From: an uncultured bacterium
GTDB taxonomy: Bacteria; Zhuqueibacterota; QNDG01; DTFT01
Assembly: GCA_963736115.1 (NCBI GenBank)
Contig: CAVTNR010000021.1
Coordinates: forward strand, 1 to 64,000
Length of the DNA stretch: 64,000 nucleotides
Reading direction: 5' to 3'
A model generated the notes under the pieces. That model saw nothing but the letters and a program-made list of their open reading frames with translations. It was not told the DNA's origin and did no database searches. Every line of letters starts with the position of its first letter. The first letter of the stretch is position 1. Positions 60,207 through 64,000 of this stretch are shown here, one piece after another. Made by a program: the position numbers and the translations under genes.

Positions 60207-61013
60207 TCATTTTTCTTTTCCTAAATCATAAAGAAGATCCGCCAATCCCGCCCACTCCTCCACGGAAAGGTCCTCGGGCCTGCGATCGAGCGTCCGCTCC
60301 AGGCCGGCCGGAACCGGCCCCCCGCTCCAGTGTTCCTTCAGCGTATTCCGAAGCATTTTCCGCCTCTGGCCGAATCCTTTTTTCACGATACTCCGAAAGA
60401 AAGCCTCGTCCCGAACCTGGAACCGGGGTCCGTCCAGAAACGTCCCCGCAAGCACAGCGGAATCCACACCCGGGATGGGCCTGAACGCGCCCCTCGGAAT
60501 CGAGAAGAGGACCCGGACATCAGCCGCCATCTGGATCAAAACCGAGGGGATTCCGTAGTCCTTCGTCCCCGGCTTTCCGGCCACTCGCAGGGCCACTTCC
60601 TTCTGCATGGTGAATGCGAAGTCGCGGACATGGGGCCGTTCATCCAGGAGCTTGAACAGAATCGGTGAAGTGATGGCATACGGAATATTGCCGATGATGC
60701 GGAGTTTCATCCCTTCGGGCGCCAGGCCGGCCAGGCGGGTTTTCAGAAAATCCTGCTCGATCAGGCGGAACCGGGGTTCGTCGGCGAAATCCCGCCTGAG
60801 CACCTCGGCGCAACGCCGGTCGATTTCCACGCCGATGACAGCCGTGGCCGGGCGGTCCAGAATGCACCGGGTGAGAACGCCCTGACCGGATCCGATTTCC
60901 AGCACCACGTCCCCGGGCCGGATTTCCAAAGACTCGACCAGCTTGCGGCCGAAAGACGCGTCCTTCAGGAAATTCTGGCTGAACCGCTTGAGCGGACGGA
61001 CGGAGGGGCACAC
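60207..61013 (-). CDS. rsmA: 16S rRNA dimethyladenosine transferase
   Basis: KRFSQNFL, VLEIGSGQG, GNIPYAITSP, QKEVALR, FGQRRKMLRN. Confidence 0.95.
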   Translation of the reverse strand: MCPSVRPLKRFSQNFLKDASFGRKLVESLEIRPGDVVLEIGSGQGVLTRCILDRPATAVIGVEIDRRCAEVLRRDFADEPRFRLIEQDFLKTRLAGLAPEGMKLRIIGNIPYAITSPILFKLLDERPHVRDFAFTMQKEVALRVAGKPGTKDYGIPSVLIQMAADVRVLFSIPRGAFRPIPGVDSAVLAGTFLDGPRFQVRDEAFFRSIVKKGFGQRRKMLRNTLKEHWSGGPVPAGLERTLDRRPEDLSVEEWAGLADLLYDLGKEK

Positions 61014-61017
61014 GGCT

Positions 61018-61791
61018 TTATCCGAGGCCGAACAGGGTTCTGGCGTTCCGGGTCGTGGATGCGGCAAGGCTTTCAAGCGTTTCGCCGCGCATGTCCGCGA
61101 TCCTCAGCGATGTGTGCGTGATAAAGGCGGGCTCGTTTCTCCTGCCCCGGAGGGGAACCGGCGTCATATACGGGGCATCCGTTTCAAGCAGCAGCCGTTC
61201 CGGGGGAACGGCCCGGACGATGTTCGGGCCGGTGTAATTCCGGAATGTGACGACTCCGGTGAATGAGATATGGAATCCCAGGGCCAGCACTTCTTCGGCT
61301 TCGTCGAGCGTGCCTCCATAGCAGTGGAAAACGCCCCTGAAAGGCGCCGCGTTCACGGAGCGCAGAACGGCCAGGGCGTCCCGCATGGCTTCACGGACAT
61401 GCACAATCAGCGGCTTATTCCTTTTAAGGCCGATTTCGATCTGCCGCAGGAAAACGGTTTTCTGTATGTCGTGGGGAGAAAACGAATAGTGGTAATCCAG
61501 GCCGATCTCGCCGACCGCGACGGTTTTCGGCGATTCGAGCAGAGTTTCGATTTTTTCCAGATCCCCGGCCGCGGCCTTGGACGCTTCATGCGGGTGTATG
61601 CCTGCGGATGCAAAAACGGCGGGCTGCTTTTCCGCGAACCCGCCCGCTAAAACGCTCGACCGCGCGTCCGTGCCGACATCGATGACCGCTTCCACGCCCG
61701 CCTCCAGGGCCCGGCGGACAACCGCATCGCGGTCCCCCTCAAATTCCTCCCCGCTCAGATGGGCATGTGTATCGACAAGTAATCCGCTCAT
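61018..61791 (-). CDS. tatD: TatD family hydrolase
   Basis: DTHAHL, GIHPH, VGEIGLDY, HVRE, FHC, LLETDAPY. Confidence 0.95.
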   Translation of the reverse strand: MSGLLVDTHAHLSGEEFEGDRDAVVRRALEAGVEAVIDVGTDARSSVLAGGFAEKQPAVFASAGIHPHEASKAAAGDLEKIETLLESPKTVAVGEIGLDYHYSFSPHDIQKTVFLRQIEIGLKRNKPLIVHVREAMRDALAVLRSVNAAPFRGVFHCYGGTLDEAEEVLALGFHISFTGVVTFRNYTGPNIVRAVPPERLLLETDAPYMTPVPLRGRRNEPAFITHTSLRIADMRGETLESLAASTTRNARTLFGLG

Positions 61792-63827
61792 TCCGCCCGC
61801 ACGCCCGGAGGGGCTTCGCCGTCCGTCGTCACCAGGACATGGCCGCCGCCGGTCTTGACCGCCAGCAGCATGCCCTCTGATTCCACGCCCCGGATCTTCG
61901 CGGGTTCGAGATTCGCGACGATGAGAATGGTCTTTCCCGTGATCTGTTCGGGGGTGTAACTCTGCGCCACGCCTGCCACAATCTGGCGGCCGATGCCGCC
62001 CAGGTCCAGCTGGAGCCTGAGCAGTTTGTCCGATTTGGGAACCCGTTCCGCGGACAGGACCTTCGCGGTTCTGATGTCAACGGTTTTAAAGTGATCGAAA
62101 GAGACGGGTCCGGTCCCGCCGGCCGCGGGAACGGATGTTTCCGATGCTCCGCCTCCGGCCATGCGGTTCAGTTTTTCGATATGCGGCGCGATGTCCGGAT
62201 CTTCGATCTTGCTGAAGAGAATTTTCGCCTCGCCCAGATCATGTCCCGCTGCCACGCCGGGCTCCCCGGCGCTGTCCCAGGGCGGGTTTCCGGGAAGGTT
62301 CAATTGTGCGGCCAGCCCCTCGGCCGAGAATGGCAGAATCGGGGCCATCAGGGTGCGGAGACCGGCCGCGATCTGGACGCACACGTTCAGCGTAGTGGCG
62401 CATTTTCCGGGATCGGACTTGCGCGTCTCCCAGGGCGCCTGATCGTTGAAATATTTATTCGCCGACCGGCACAGGTCCATCAGCGCCTTGACTGCGCCGC
62501 GCACTTCATATTGTTCGAACAGGCCGCCCAGAACACCGGGCGCGGCTTTCAATTCGTCGAGCATGGCTCTGTCCCGGCCGTCCAGGGCGCCCGCGGCCGG
62601 CACCTTTCCGCCCTCGTACCGGTGGATGAAGGTGAAGGTCCGGTTCAGAAAATTGCCGAGGATGTCGGCGAGTTCGTCGTTGTTACGGCTCTGCAGCTGC
62701 TTCCACGAGAAATCGGTGTCCTTGGTCTCGGGCGCATTGGCCGCGATCGTGTACCGCAGGGGATCCGGCGGAAAGGCGTCCAGGTAATCGTCGACCCAGA
62801 TCGCGTAATTCTGACTTGTCGAAATTTTCCGGCCCTCGATGGTCAGGTATTCATTGGCCGGAATCGCGTCCGGCAGGACGTATCCGCCCACCCGCATCAG
62901 CATCATGGGGAAGAGGATCGCGTGGAATACCACGTTGTCCTTGCCGATGAAATGGACCAGTTTCGTCTCCGGATCGCACCAGTACCGCTTCCACCGGTCG
63001 GGGTCGCCGGTGCGCTCCGCCCATTCGGCTGTGGCGGAAATGTATCCGATGGGCGCGTCGAACCAGACATACAGAACCTTCCCCTTCGCGTCCGGCAGGG
63101 GCACGGGCACGCCCCAGTGCAGATCCCGCGTGATCGGCCGGTCCCCCAGCCCTTCTTTATACCAGCCCAGGCTGTAGTTGCGTACATTGTCCTTCCAGGA
63201 CTTCGAATCGAACCAGCGCCGCCACTCTTCCGCGAACCGGCCCATGGGCAGGTACCAGTGGTCGGTCTTCCGCAGTTCCGGGGCCGTACCGTCGATTTTG
63301 GACTTCGGCTGAATCAGCTCCGCGGGTTCCAGCCACTTGCCGCACTTGTCGCACTGATCGCCCCTCGCGCGGTCGTAGTGGCAGTGCGGGCATTCGCCCT
63401 CCACATACCGATCCGGAAGGAAGCGGCTGGACTTGGCGCTGTAGAACTGCTCGGAGGTCTTGACGACCAGGTCTTTCCGGTTGTGCAGGACCGTGAAAAA
63501 TTCCTGGGCCATCCGGTGGTGCACCGGCAGGGACGTTCTCGAGTACTGGTCAAAGGAGACGCCCAGACGCTCGAAACTGCGCTTATTCATCGCGTGATAC
63601 CGGTCCACCACGGCCTGGGGCGTGATTTTCTCATTGTCCGCGGTGACTGTGATCGGCACGCCATGCTCATCCGAGCCGCCGATATACAGGACGTCGCGTC
63701 CCTTCAGGCGCTGGTAGCGGACGTAAATGTCCGCCGGCAGATAGGCGCCGGCGATGTGCCCCAGGTGAAGCGGACCGTTGGCATAGGGCAGCGCGCTGGT
63801 GACCAGAATGCGTCTGGGAGAGGTCAT
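61788..63827 (-). CDS. metG: Methionine--tRNA ligase
   Basis: TSALPYANGPLHLGH, Zn knuckle, YVWFDAPIGY, KISTS, C-terminal tRNA-binding OB domain. Confidence 0.97.
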   Translation of the reverse strand: MTSPRRILVTSALPYANGPLHLGHIAGAYLPADIYVRYQRLKGRDVLYIGGSDEHGVPITVTADNEKITPQAVVDRYHAMNKRSFERLGVSFDQYSRTSLPVHHRMAQEFFTVLHNRKDLVVKTSEQFYSAKSSRFLPDRYVEGECPHCHYDRARGDQCDKCGKWLEPAELIQPKSKIDGTAPELRKTDHWYLPMGRFAEEWRRWFDSKSWKDNVRNYSLGWYKEGLGDRPITRDLHWGVPVPLPDAKGKVLYVWFDAPIGYISATAEWAERTGDPDRWKRYWCDPETKLVHFIGKDNVVFHAILFPMMLMRVGGYVLPDAIPANEYLTIEGRKISTSQNYAIWVDDYLDAFPPDPLRYTIAANAPETKDTDFSWKQLQSRNNDELADILGNFLNRTFTFIHRYEGGKVPAAGALDGRDRAMLDELKAAPGVLGGLFEQYEVRGAVKALMDLCRSANKYFNDQAPWETRKSDPGKCATTLNVCVQIAAGLRTLMAPILPFSAEGLAAQLNLPGNPPWDSAGEPGVAAGHDLGEAKILFSKIEDPDIAPHIEKLNRMAGGGASETSVPAAGGTGPVSFDHFKTVDIRTAKVLSAERVPKSDKLLRLQLDLGGIGRQIVAGVAQSYTPEQITGKTILIVANLEPAKIRGVESEGMLLAVKTGGGHVLVTTDGEAPPGVRAE

Positions 63828-64000
63828 GATTTTTTCGCTTCCGGCTTGGGTTCCCGGCCGTCGGGCTTCCCGTTTTCGGATTCCCGTTCCGCGGCCTTGC
63901 GCTGTCTCTTTCTTTCCCTGTCTTCCGCGATCAGCTGTTTCAGTTCCTCGAGAGGCAGTTTCTCCTCCTTGCCGTTTTCCAGAAGGAGCGTCGCCTGTTC
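63824..64000 (-). CDS. C-terminal end of an upstream gene (possibly PSP1/RicT family)
   Basis: Open frame EQATLLLENGKEEKLPLEELKQL...EAKKS* with ATGA overlap onto metG. The family is guessed from common gene order only. Confidence 0.5.
   Translation of the reverse strand, partial: EQATLLLENGKEEKLPLEELKQLIAEDRERKRQRKAAERESENGKPDGREPKPEAKKS

Overview
Bacterial chromosomal window, mostly high-GC, probably from a non-Bacteroidota FCB-group lineage (KSB1/Calditrichota-like). This placement is inferred from the lpxC-fabZ fusion, a UpxY-type antiterminator, homodimeric GlyRS and a C-terminal YPNPFNP/FlgD-Ig sorting domain. 1-20.4 kb (minus): a surface-polysaccharide locus with a GC-rich front end (two tandem Wzc kinases, an epimerase, UpxY, WbpE-like and fused WbpB-WbpD-like enzymes, WecB/WbpI) and a sharply AT-rich variable part (FkbM methyltransferase, Wzx, glycosyltransferases, a second methyltransferase, Wzy-like protein, a thymidylate-kinase-like protein). 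20.5-39.8 kb (minus): envelope core genes (lolA, ftsK, comB, gcvT, rseP, dxr, lipoate ligase, lpxA, lpxC/fabZ, lpxD, skp, bamA, a 1354-aa TamB/AsmA-like protein, uppS). 39.9-50.1 kb (plus): MoxR-DUF58-histidine kinase, queDECF-folE2-EamA, a 36-aa Lys-rich protein missing from the ORF track, glyQS, ssb, cdd. 50.3-64 kb (minus): a GH3 beta-glucosidase bracketed by REP-like repeats, a three-gene TPR/CsgG-like + propeller/sorting-domain + beta-barrel module, recO, rsmA, tatD, metG. About 20 small indels break genes and look like read/assembly errors. No tRNA, rRNA, CRISPR array or transposase was seen. All calls come from motif reading by eye; no database searches were run.
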